Below, one piece after another: positions 1 to 11,615 of a stretch of DNA of 64,000 nt. The first letter of the stretch is position 1. Every line of letters starts with the position of its first letter. The notes under the pieces were generated by a model. That model was not told the origin of the DNA. It saw nothing but the letters and a program-made list of their open reading frames with translations, and did no database searches. Source of the DNA: Antedon mediterranea. Lineage: Eukaryota > Animalia > Echinodermata. The position numbers and the translations under genes are program-made. Location: contig NC_092675.1 in NCBI RefSeq assembly GCF_964355755.1, positions 9,171,812 through 9,235,811 of the forward strand, given 5' to 3'.

Positions 1-1056
1 TCGTGAAAACGCGTAAACACCAACACGCCCGGTCACGCTATCGTAGCGCCCGGTTGATAAAGCAAACTGTTTATACGGCAGATTTTACTAAATAAATTGC
101 ATAAAACGAACAATTAAATATCCAAATAGTATTTAATATGATGTTGGCATGTAGTTGATAACATTTTTTATCATGAAAATACTACCGGTGGTCTAGCCTT
201 TGATTATTGAAACCGTCACAAAAAGTTGTATACATCCCAGATACATCCACACTTATGGTGGCGCCCTACCACATGGACAATATTACTGTTACAGGGAAAA
301 TCGCGGATTACTCATTCTTGTGATATATATTCTTTGATATAGGTCTCCCTTTTCGTATTGGGTCTCGGGTCTCTGGTCTCTGGTCTCGGGTCTCTAGTTT
401 CGAAACACCCGTTTTTAACCGATTATTCTGTTTAACAGCACGCTAGACCCTAGATGTGCTAGATTTAAAGTACCGTATTTATTGAAAAAACGGCCTGGGC
501 TGTTTATTGTTTAGGTGGTTTTTAGGTGGACATTTATTGGAAGAAAGTTGTTTATTCAATGGGAGGGGGTATAATCTAATGGAAATAGACGCCGATTATT
601 CCATATGATGTTTCATGGGAGTGACATGGTCACCGTTTATTTGAGGGGAATTTATTTAAAGATTGCCGTTTATTCGGTGAGTGAACATTGAGGTCAAATA
701 TCAAAAGTGATATTATTCTTCAAGTGTACAAAAATACATATATGACAAATTTTAGACAAAAATTAATTCTTTTAAGACCAGTGGTTATCGAAGCATTGTC
801 CTGACCCAAAAATTATTATTATTATTAGCGAACCCAGTCTTTACAGTAAATACAGGGAGTATAATACGTTCGACTATCCTATGATCATGTGTGACAATCT
901 TCAGTTTATATACCAGGCTATATTTATGTTCAATCTTTTACTTTTGTTTACAATAATGAATAGTAATTCGTCAAAGTAACGAATTAAAATATAGTTAAAT
1001 ATATAGGTATATTAGTTATTCCTATTATACACTGTTGCAGAGTCAGGTTGTTGAAT

Positions 1057-1175
1057 GGTCTGGGTGGTAGTTGTCCGTCCGGGGGGTAGTTGTTCTAAAG
1101 GGATAGTTGTCTGGGTGGTAGTTGTCCAGGGGTTAGTTGTCCTACGGAGGTAGTTGTCCTAAAAGATTATTTGCC
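1057..1175. repeat. GGGTAGTTGTCC-type G-rich tandem repeat, left part; interrupted by the Academ insertion
   Basis: Repeated ggtagttgtcc units of about 17-19 bp. The same repeat resumes at 4562, right after the Academ right end. Confidence 0.8.
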
Positions 1176-1178
1176 CTC

Positions 1179-4100
1179 TAGTTAGGGTTAAAAACGTCAT
1201 TTTTGAACCAAACCTGGAAAAAATTATTTACAAAGGATTTTTATCATCAAACTTAACATATAAGTCCCAGGGGTCACCAAAAAAAAGTTCTAGTGATTTT
1301 CTCTATGGGGGAAGGAGTTATGACCTTTTATATAAAGGTCAATCTATTTTTAGTAACGAGTTAGTACTTCGTTAACCACACAGTGTAGATGCTTAATTTT
1401 AGTCTCAAATTGTTCGCAATGTACAATTTCCTATTTGCAATAATGGAATATTTTTCTAAAAAATTACCAGCAATGCTATTTCTGACCTTTGACCTTTCTT
1501 GACCGGAAGTTTCATAGCTACATAAGTATTTGACCTAGAGAGTTGGTTTTGGTCTTAATTTGTTTATAATGTACAACTTTATATTTGCAGTAATGACACA
1601 TTTTTCTATAAAGCAAGTAGAAATACCATTTATTGACCGTTGAACCCAATTAACCAATATTATTCAATTATTATTAATAATATAATTCAAGTATTAACAC
1701 CGCCACCACATGGCTGTACATAGGCTAAACTTTTTGACCAATCAGGAAGCGCCATCTAGCAGGCTACATTTCAAATGTTTGTTAGAAAGAGTGCAGCAAG
1801 AGCATATCAAATGCAATTTTGGTAAGCATAAATAGTATATATAGCAGAAACTGGTTCTTATACAACTGAAGACCTATGTGAAATAATGAGAGAGTTATCA
1901 GATGATGGGAGTATTAGTGATTTCTTTTACAGTTCAAAGTATTTGAAAAAACTACTTCTTGAAGAGTTTGGTAATGAGATTTACTTTTCTAGTGAAAAGG
2001 GCAGAAAAGATATTGTATGCTTTAAGAGTACCCAAAATGAAATATTAAGAGATTATTGGAGTTCTACTAGGGAGGACACAGACACTGAAAAGTTAAAAAT
2101 TATCATGACTGCATCCAGGTTGATTTATGATGATATAAAATGTTTAAAGTTAAGTACATCTGTATATCCATCCATTCAGAATATGATAGGTCCAATAGAC
2201 ACAGTTCCAGAATCATTAAATCGATTTTTACATAATATGATTAGATCTGAACATGTTGCTAATAACCTTAGTCAGAACATTGTTAAGGCATGTCGGCCGA
2301 ATACATATGTAAGCGGGCCAATGCTTGGTCTTTCAATTCATGATCATAAGTTTGGTTCTAAGTGGTTAATTAATAGACTGAATAGATTAGGATGTTGTGA
2401 GAGTTATAATGAATTACGTCGTTATAAATATAACTACATCAGTCAAATGAATGATATGAGAATTAGTACTAATGATAATAACAGTAGCAATACTAAGATT
2501 GTTCAGTTTGCTGGCGATAACCTTGATTTGGACATTCGTTCATTGCACGGGAATACATCATTTCATGCAATGGGGTTGATCAAGATGACAAATGATAATA
2601 GTGGAACACCTGCTCATATTATCAACACAACCTATAGAATACACCGCAGACAAATGAAGGATTTAGATACAACCAAAATTTTAAAGGACTGCAAAGCTGT
2701 GGACGGAGTTTCATTATATAGTAACAATAATAGTACGAAACTTCATAAGAGCTGAACGAGAAAACAACTGGGAACTACACATTGAGGCAGTTGGACAAAT
2801 GCTGCCTTATTTTGCAGCGTGTGGACATGCTCACTATGCTAAAGGCAGCCGTATATACATTCAGACTATGTTGCAGCTGAAAAAAGATGATCCTGTCACA
2901 TGGGCGATATTCTGCAATGGGGATCATACCATCAGATATAACGAAAAACAGTGGGCAGGTGTATGGAGTGACATAGCAATTGAACAGACCCTTATGAGAC
3001 ATTCAAAATCACAGGGCGGTTTGTCTATGGGCCGGATGAGGGGTACTTCAACTACAAGCGGAGCAACATACCTGCCTTGGGTACTGACTTTGAATCATTT
3101 TTCTGAGATTCATCACCTACTAGAAGACAAAGGAAACACTCCAAACCTGCCAAACAAAGAATGCTCACAAAGTGCAATGAAAATTGACACATCTACCTTC
3201 GGTCAAGTACTCAATTGGTTCAATGAACGTTCTCCATTTGAAGATCCACAGAATAGTAAAATCATCGTTTCACTGTCGACAGGTTTATCCACTGAATTCG
3301 TCAACGAAGTAAATTGTGACAATGGCTACAATATAGGTCTCACCATACAGAAACAAGTAGATGCTAAACCTCTGAATCACAGAATGTCTACACGAAACAT
3401 TAAACCATTATCATGTCTACAAAAATGTGTGAAAGTTGGAGGAAAGAATGCTTATGTCAACAATACAACCCTATTTACAAGACTTGTCCTCAGTGAACGT
3501 GATAACTTTTCACTACGTGAAACATTAAAATATGAACTGACACCTATACCAACATCCCTGTATGATACCTCTGAATTTTTACGGAAGCCTGACAAGGTGT
3601 TGTAACTGTAAATCTTGAAATGGTAATGAGATGTGTACAACGAATAGATGTAATTGTAGAAAGAGTAAGCTTAAATGCTTTTAAGCATTTAAGCTTACTC
3701 TTATCACTTAAAAGTGCATGTGGGTCATGTATGGGCAAATGTGAAAATGGCTCATGTAATTTTTCATTAAGTGACCATGATTTTTCTGATGAAGACACCT
3801 AGGCTTTACTGACACAGTAATAATCTGGCTAGTCTAAAAAAAAAAATCATCAGCTTTCGTCTAAGTGACGGTGTATGTTTTAAATAAAGTTGATTATTTG
3901 GTAAAAATAATATCATTGTACGTCTATAATTACATGTAGATTTTAAACTATTACCAATAATAAGGAATCTTTAGTAAGTAAACGACTGGGAGCAATATCC
4001 AAGTTTCGTTGTTTTTACATGATGAATAATCCCCTCCCCCACCCTCAAAAACATTTAAAATGTGATTTTTTTTCTCAAGTTTGGTGCTCTTTTCACATAT

Positions 4101-4558
4101 AAGGTTAAAAGTTAATAAAACCATACTTCTTGTCACAATTGTACATAATGCTCCATTATACCAAATAGGAACATACATGTTCTTAACAATTTGAGACCAA
4201 TATGAAGATTATGCGACCAGTAGTTATTGAGATATAATAAGCTGAGGTCAAAGGTCAAAACGTCAGAAATATCATTTCTGGTCACTTTTGGACAAAATGT
4301 TTCATTATGAAGAATAGGAATATGTATCTTCTAAACAATTTAAGACCAAAACCAAGTCTCCATGATTAATGGTTACCAAGATACAAGCATGTCAAGTTGT
4401 AAGCGGCCATTTTGAAAATGGCGCCAAAAAAAAGTTTCCCATGGGCCAAATCCTTAGAACTTTTTTTTGGTGGTATTTTAGATTCATATAAAGGTTTTCC
4501 CATAAAAATCGCTTTGTAAATAATTTTTTCTAGGTTTGGTGCTGATTTTCCCTAACTA
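1179..4558 (+). mobile_element. Academ (AcademX-type) DNA transposon, internally deleted
   Basis: Termini TAGTTAGGG (1179) and CCCTAACTA (4558). Long imperfect TIRs (accaaacctggaaaaaattatttacaaag / ctttgtaaataattttttctaggtttggt) and repeated subterminal ggtctcaaattgtt-like motifs. 3-bp TSD CTC at 1176-1178 and 4559-4561. Contains a fragmented transposase with a C-terminal Cys8 finger. Confidence 0.8.
1886..3802 (+). pseudogene. Academ transposase remnant in several frames
   Basis: 1886-2755 contains QFAGDNLDLDIRSLHGNTSFHAMG. About 2739-3597 contains NFIRAERENNWELHIEAVGQMLPYFAACGHAHYAK, WAGVWSDIAIEQTLMR and YELTPIPTSLYD. 3598-3750 contains CCNCKS*NGNEMCTTNRCNCRKSKLKC and, in another frame, SACGSCMGKCEN. 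Frame breaks near 2735 and 3597 are best explained by internal deletions. Confidence 0.8.
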
Positions 4559-4561
4559 CTC

Positions 4562-4903
4562 GGAGTATTGTCCAGGTCCAGGAGGTAGTTGTCCTACGGG
4601 GAGTATTGTGTCAGAAGTAGTTGTCCGCGGAGTAATTACCCGGGGGAGTGGGGTAATTGTCCGGGGAGTAATTGTCCGGGGAGGAATTGTTCCTAGGGGG
4701 TAATTGTCCGGGGGGTAGTTGTCCAGGGGGTAGTTGTCCTAAGGGGGTTTTTGTCCTAAGCGGGTAGTTGTCCGGGGGTTATTTGTCCGGGGGGGTAGTT
4801 GTCCTAAAGGGGTAGTTGTCCTAAGGGGGTAGTGGTCCAGGTGGTGGTTGTCCGGGGGGTAGTTTTCCGGGGGGTAAATGTCCAGGGGGTGAATATCCGG
4901 ATA
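4562..4903. repeat. GGGTAGTTGTCC-type G-rich tandem repeat, right part
   Basis: About 18 degenerate units of gggggtagttgtcc(g/t/a). Another degenerate copy lies at about 11345-11512. Confidence 0.85.
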
Positions 4904-5493
4904 CGAATAATAGTGCTACATCCGTTGTCAGCAGCCCAAAATCAAATAGATGAATATGTGTTCATGTCACTTAATTTGGTAATTGTTCTCAAGAAAGCAC
5001 TTAAATTGAAAAATGAAAAATCCAGTTTATTCATAATAATCATTACATAGTATTTGATACAATAAATAATATCTTGTTTTATCTTTTCCATCCAAGTCAA
5101 ACAATTACTGCCCAATACTGTAGTGCAAGTGAAACTTATGAATATTCAAGAGGTAAAATCCCAGTTTAGTATGACGTAATCAACTGTTTATTGAGAGTGT
5201 TGTTCAGCCTAGCGTGACATTATATTAAAATGAGGCAAATGTGACCGCGAGGAAGAAGAGATTACCAACATAAACAACACTGACAACGCACGTGTACTTT
5301 GTGGTGACGAGTTTACCAGCACCCCACCAATGTGGGTACTTAACATATACTATTACTGTGCAAAGGGGCCTAGGCGAAATCAGAAAATATTTGGTGAGAG
5401 TGAATGTCAACAAGTGAACATAGAAAAGCAGAAAAGGTAGGCCTACCTAGGCTAGCTAGTAAACGTACGTAAGCTGGGCGCTGTTATTTTTAA

Positions 5494-5938
5494 CGTTATG
5501 TCTAAAGATACGGTACCGTATCCATACTTTTTAAAACTAAAGGTACGGTAATTATAGAGGGCGCTATGTAATGTGGATGTTAATCAAATAGGTTATTGCA
5601 TTGGTTTTCTGCAAGCTAGTTGTGTAGCCTAGTGGGCATGAGATGAGGCTTTGGCTTAAGGGGTTGGGGGTTCGATGCTCTTCTTGACGTCTTTTTTTTA
5701 TTTTATTTTTTTAGTTTTTAATTTAAGAGAGATTATTTAGAGGGTTAGGTTTTTAATATTTAGGAAGGAGTTTAATATTTAGGAAGGAGTTTTATATTTA
5801 GGAACGAGTTTTATATTTAGGTACGAGTTTTAGGAATACAATTTTACCGTACTTTTAGCAAACGGAAGCGCCCTCTATAATTACCGTATCTTTAGTTTTT
5901 AAAAGCATGGATACGGTACCGTATCTTTAGCAACGGCG
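5494..5938. mobile_element. MITE with CG..CTAAAGATACGGTACCGTATCC TIRs and an internal degenerate tRNA-like segment
   Basis: About 70-bp TIRs (ctaaagatacggtaccgtatcc...ggtaattatagagggcgct and its reverse complement at about 5866-5938). Same terminus family as 8369-8834. Confidence 0.8.
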
Positions 5939-6016
5939 TATTTTTAATTAGATTAATTTTAGGCGCCTACCTACCGTTCTACTATTCTAGCTAGAGGTAA
6001 GGTAGGCTAGGGCCTA

Positions 6017-6085
6017 GCCTATCCCTCTACAGCTAGGCCTATCCCTCTACAGCTAGGCCCTATCCCTCTACAGCTAGGCCCTACA
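6017..6085. repeat. Short tandem repeat of about 20 bp (gcctatccctctacagctag), about 3 copies
   Basis: Direct repeats visible in the sequence. Confidence 0.8.
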
Positions 6086-6135
6086 AGAGGGTGACAGATG
6101 AAATAGGTCGCGCATGAAATATGAGATAATGCTAA

Positions 6136-8064
6136 CAAGTCGCCCCATCGCAAAGTCGCCCCATACAAAGTCGCCCCTTACACAGTCGCCCCATCGCAAA
6201 GTCGCCCCAAAACAAAGTCGCCCCGACACACAGTCGCCCATTGCAAAGTCGCCCCAACGCAAAGTCGCCCCATCGCAAAGTCGCCCCATCACAAAGTCGC
6301 CCTATCGCAAAGTCGCCCCAAAACGTTAAAAATAGTTTACAAGTGCGTAAAATGTCGCAATGATACACAAAATAACACGGAACGTGTAGGCATAAAATGG
6401 GAAGCCCCGCCATGTAGTCTCAGGTCACACGATCGGCACGCACCCCCATCATCAGAGAGGAAGCCCCCGACTAATCACTCCGCGGTCGCAATAACGTGCT
6501 AGCTTTACCAAAAGGAAACCCCCGTAATTACTCCGCCGTTGTCGCACTACAACGCACCATCTGAAGATGGGGAAACCCCGCCGGAGATAAAATGATGTTA
6601 TACGATCTAGATTATTTTTACTTTGGTCGATGAATATTTATTATTATTATTAGGCCTATATTAATAATTGATTTTTGTTTTTATTTTACAGGTCAGTATG
6701 ATGAGAAAGATGTTTACAAGATGATTACAATTTGTAAACATAGTTTAAGATTATAGTATTATCCAGCATAATGTCATTTAACAGTACATAATTATTTAAA
6801 TGTGAAATATTTTATAGGAAACGTAGGCTACGTCTGTGTCTTTTATTTTATACGTAAAACAATTTATTTATAAACATTCAGTTTACTATTATATACATAG
6901 TATTACAATGAACATTGATTGTAAGCCTGGAAAGGCAATCCCATCATTATATCCATTATAAAATTGCATCATATCACCACTATGTCGTATATAAATGATG
7001 ACGTCCGTGTACGTATTATTCCGTGCCTCTTCACTGTCTTGTTTAAATTAAAATTAAATAAACACCCGATATGAGGATATTTATTAGGGATGATAATTAG
7101 AATGTTCTATAACCAAAAGGGTTGAAAAGAATGTCTTCAGTAAAATGATCATTGTGCTGTTGAATAAAAGGCGACTCGCCATCTGAAACATTCTCTGAAA
7201 CCAATCGGAGCCGCGCCTTCTGGTATCTGCAGTTTCCTCACAGCTGCTACGTCTTTCTGCTGACCGTTGGGGATTCCCCTTTTTAAAAAACACGCACACG
7301 ATACTGTACGATGGTTTTTCCATGGTCAAAATGTAGCGTTTTAATTTTACTAAAATACCTGCATGTAAAATATCGGCGATGAAATCCTTTTTTTTTTTTA
7401 TTTCTTCATTTTGAAAAGTCATTATAAAATTAAGACACATAACTTGTCAATAAATGCAAAATGATCAATAAGTAGCCTATATAACACTCATTGTTTTAAC
7501 TACTGTAAATCTATACGAAGGCCTACTACACATGTATACATTTATTATATTATCCTAAAAAATGAGCTGGTATCCACGCCGCACGCGTAGGTTGAAGAAA
7601 GATTCGTAATTGTGGCTCTGGTAACTAATTTTAAAATCCTATTAAATTAACATTTTCGAAACTATAAATCAGGGATAATCTTTTTAGAACTTTCAAACTA
7701 GGGACTATTTTTTTAATGATTTTTAAAAAGCACATCACTCCATTAAAACCTGTAAAATAAAAATTAAAACACAAATTATAATAGGATAAACATTATAATG
7801 CATACGACATTTAGCGCGACCAAAGTAACAACGCAATCGATATCAAACGCAACCGATATGATTAAAACCGTGGGCGACTTTGCGATGGGGCGACTTTGCG
7901 TTGGGGCGACTTTGCGATGGGGCGAATTTGCGATGGGGCGACTTTGTGATAGGGCGACTTTGCGATGGGGCGACTGTGCCGGGGCGACTTTGCGATGGGG
8001 CGACTTTGTATTGGGCGACTTTGTATGGGGCGACTTTGCGATGGGGCGACTTGACTGGATCCCG
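6136..8064. mobile_element. Foldback-type element whose inverted arms are built from 16-17-bp tandem repeats
   Basis: (aaagtcgccccatcgc)n at 6136-6320 and its reverse complement (ggggcgactttgcgat)n at 7872-8053. The right end reads ttgactggatcccg; the left terminus appears truncated. Confidence 0.8.
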
Positions 8065-8368
8065 AAATATGTAGCGTCTAATTTTAGTCGTGATAACATC
8101 CGGTATTTTGTATAGGGAAGTCCCGCTAGTAGTAAGTGTCTAATTTCGGGTTTATAAATGAATCAATTTTAAAACTTTTTGAAATTTTAAAAGTTAGTTT
8201 ATTCAGATAAATGAACATGTATTATAGTAATACATGTCAAGCGTATGTTTGGCGCAAACTTTATTATATATGTCGTATTTTATTCGTATTTATAAATACA
8301 TACCGTATATGATTCCATGTTGCTGTCATCCATCATATTTATGGAGTATACAAAGATAGAAAAAATAA

Positions 8369-8834
8369 CGCTGTGGCTAAAGATACGGTACCGTATCCTA
8401 ACTTCCGTTTGCTAAAGGTACGGTAAAATTGCATTACGTCATAATCAGCCAATGGGGTGCTGGTACGTGTGTGATGTCATCGTATAGGGACTTGGGATTT
8501 TTTTTTCATATCGCGAAATAAAAACAGTGATCAACCGGCGGCTTAACATTTTCTTTATGCTTCATTCATCGCTATTATAAACGCCGTGGCTAAAGATATG
8601 GTACCGTATCCTAACTTCCGTTTGCTAAAGGAATAAAAAATGAAGCAAAATAAAGAAAATGTTAAGCCGCCGGTTGATCACTATTTTCGCGATATGAAAA
8701 AAAATCCCAAAGTCCTTATACGATGACGTCACACACGTAACAGCACCCCATTGGCTGATTATGACGTAATGCAATTTTATCGTAACTTTAGTAAACGGAA
8801 GTTAGGATACGGTACCGTATCTTTAGCCACGGCG
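8369..8834. mobile_element. Palindromic MITE (CGCCGTGGCTAAAGATACGGTACCGTATCC family)
   Basis: About 200-bp inverted arms (8369-8565 vs 8640-8834). A third copy of the terminal 50 bp sits in the loop at 8582-8630. Confidence 0.9.
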
Positions 8835-10619
8835 AAAAAATAACAGGTTAGGAGTTATACAAAATTTATTTCCATTATATTCTTTGATACTATAGTAATG
8901 TATACAGTATTTTTTTCTCGATTAATCAAATAATGATTGTTTTTAACATTTATTACTATTAGTATGATTTGATACGTTCAAAACCATTTAATATTCCAAC
9001 ATATATTAATTTTCAGAAAATAGTATATGACTATCACTGATGGTTTACAAAATTCTGTTAAACTAATATTACAAACCATTGACATAGATTAGTAGAAGAA
9101 TATTGTTTATATTTCAATTATGCCACATATTTGCATTCATTACTAAAATATTTTTGGATTTAAAAGGATAAATATCCATGTGACCAAGATTTGATTTGAA
9201 TATGTTTATTGACCACATAAATATACAATGTTAATAATAACATAATATATGATATACAAAATCTACAGCACAACAAAAAAAATCCCCTGGCAATAACAAA
9301 AAGTCATCTCCGTCACAACAAAACATTAGGAAATGTGATGTATTTAGCACTTAGGACAGCCCAGGATCACATCGTAGGAATGTCTGACAGTGAAGATGGA
9401 GTACTGTACTGCTATATATCGTGACTAAATTGTACTTCCGGTTGAAAAAAAAACAGAAATTATAATTATTTAATGAGTTCTATACCATTTGGATATGAAG
9501 TTCAATAAAAGTACGCAACTCTAATTTTTCATTTATAATGCTCTACTCGCCTGTACAATTTAAGTATGCCTGGGGCATTCCACAGTATTTGGTCCGTGGG
9601 TTTAAAAATTTCATTTACTGATTTTAATGTAACTCTTGGCCATTTCTCAAAGTAGACATGTTGAAGTTTATTAAATAACATTTGTTTTATTTTTTCTGAT
9701 ATTTATTTTTTAAGTTATTGAATAATAAATATGAAAACACCATATTTAACGTTACGGACGGGACATTTTAATCCTATTATTTCATAAACTATGCATCTTT
9801 TTACTGTTTTTTCAACAGATATAGTTACTTTAAATAAATGTCTCAATAATACATAATCAAGTATTTAATTTAAATTTGTTGTTTATTAATTTCATACAAT
9901 TATTTCACAAACCATGAATCTTTTAAAAAAAAATTTCCAGATATAGTATTCTGTGTACATAGTCAAGCATTATAACACATTTTGTTTATTAAATTTCATA
10001 GATACATTTCAAAATTCATAATTCATCCGCGACATTTTAATAGTAGTTTTATGGTGTTTTTTACATTTCAGTTAAAAGTATTAATACCACAATTTAATAT
10101 TTTGTTTTCTCCTTTTAAAAACTATATGCAATACATTATAAACAAATATTTTGAAACTTTTGGTGAAAATATCATATTCAAAAATATATTGATGACATTT
10201 TTTGTAGGAACGGGACAGACATTTTTGTTTAAGGATGGGACATTTAAATCCTTTTTATTTCATAAAACCATGTATCTTGTTAACATTTTCCCCCATAAAT
10301 ATACTGTAGTTAACTTTTTATTTCACAGTAAGCTCCCATTGTTCATAATCAAGTATTTTATTAAAATTGTTTATTCATTTCATACTTGCATTTCAAGATT
10401 CATTGTTACTTCTGGGACATTTCGATTATGGTTTTTTAATTCTTAATTTTAAATCATAATTTTCAACTCTTAAAATGGATATGAAACAATATCAAAATAT
10501 CAACAAAAATAATTTTATATGAATGCTTTAGATATAAAATAGCAACACACAAAAAATTAGGTTTAAATACATTGTAAAACTTGAGAAATAAATAAGATAA
10601 AATTCAGTGTAAAACCACC

Positions 10620-10880
10620 GAAAGATGGCCGACCAACCATCATGCCATCTTGGATTTCATTAACGTTCTAAACAAACGTACGCGGAATCTTCCGATTAAT
10701 TTAAAACGCCCGCTTTTGTATCCACAGCAGCAGCTGTTTCGTGATTGGTTAAGAATGCCCAACTACAGCCAATGAGCTTCTTTCAAAGCGGACAGGAAGC
10801 GAACGTAAACAACATACGTCACACGAAACACACATGGTGTCAGCCGATTCTAGGCTAGGCCGGTCGCGAGTGTTTACATT
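10620..10880 (+). promoter_or_regulatory. Putative POLG promoter / non-coding first-exon region
   Basis: Locally CpG-rich segment about 0.8-1 kb upstream of the first coding exon. YY1-like AAGATGGCCG (10622) and GCCATCTT (10644), CCAAT boxes (gattgg 10743, ccaat 10769), ETS-like ACAGGAAG (10792). Transcription start site not determinable. Confidence 0.45.
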
Positions 10881-11615
10881 TTCTCCGAAAACTATTAATT
10901 TATTTATTAAATTGCAATATTATAATAATAATAATAATTTAGGTATTTGTATAGCGCCAGAATCAACTAAACCGAAGTAAAAATCAAAGGCGCTTATATT
11001 GGATGTTAAAAGTTTTAAGTTTTTTAAAACTTGAATATTAAAAAAAAAAAACATTACTATAAAAATGTATTGAATGTTATGGGACATTTTTTTTTATTAA
11101 AAAGTGTTTTTGTACTGTAGGCTGGTAAGTACTGTACAAAGGTGTTAACTGTTGTATATTAATCACAAAACATTGTGGTCTGTATTTAAAATAACAATCC
11201 ACAAAAAAACAATACCTAAATCCAAAACAACATGACCAGTATGAGTTTGAACAGAGTTGCAAGAGGTTTATGGATACTGTTTTAATGTAATTTGTTATTG
11301 AAAAAGGCACAACAAATTGAATGTAATACAATTAGCTTTCTAACAGGGTAGGTGTCATGTGAAAATAGTTATCCTTAGTTGGGGTAGTTGTCCCAGTAGG
11401 TAATTGTCACAGGAGATAGTTGTCCCAGTGGGTAGTTTTCCTAGGAGATAGCTGTATGGATGTTGTTTTCATAGGGTGGTAGGTGATAATTGTCGGGATG
11501 GTAGTTGTTCAGATACAACATCGCTCAAATTACATTCTTGGCCCCTCCTTGTTTTAATGGCTTAATTGCTCAGAATCTGAGCTTTTTCCTCTTTTTTTTG
11601 TCAGATCTATGCAGT

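Noticed and set aside
7084-7440. 118-aa ORF with faint resemblance to a hAT dimerisation motif when frames are combined
   Set aside because: The similarity needs a frameshift and is too weak to call without a search.
6074-8115. Repetitive ORFs on both strands (WGDFAMGRL / SPHRKVAP)
   Set aside because: They arise from stop-free tandem repeats in the foldback arms. The same applies to 4832-5050 and 21305-21565.
9571-10620. Possible DNA transposon starting GGGGCATTCCAC with repeated GGGACATTT motifs; ORF 9982-10446
   Set aside because: No matching second terminus or TSD found, and the ORF is low-complexity AT-rich. Likely an old repeat but not delimitable.
11505-11615. ORF-track N-terminal extension of POLG from a TTG start (likewise 37832-37773 for the zinc-finger gene)
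   Set aside because: These segments run through polypyrimidine tracts and splice acceptors, so they are intron or UTR. The ORF caller used non-ATG starts.
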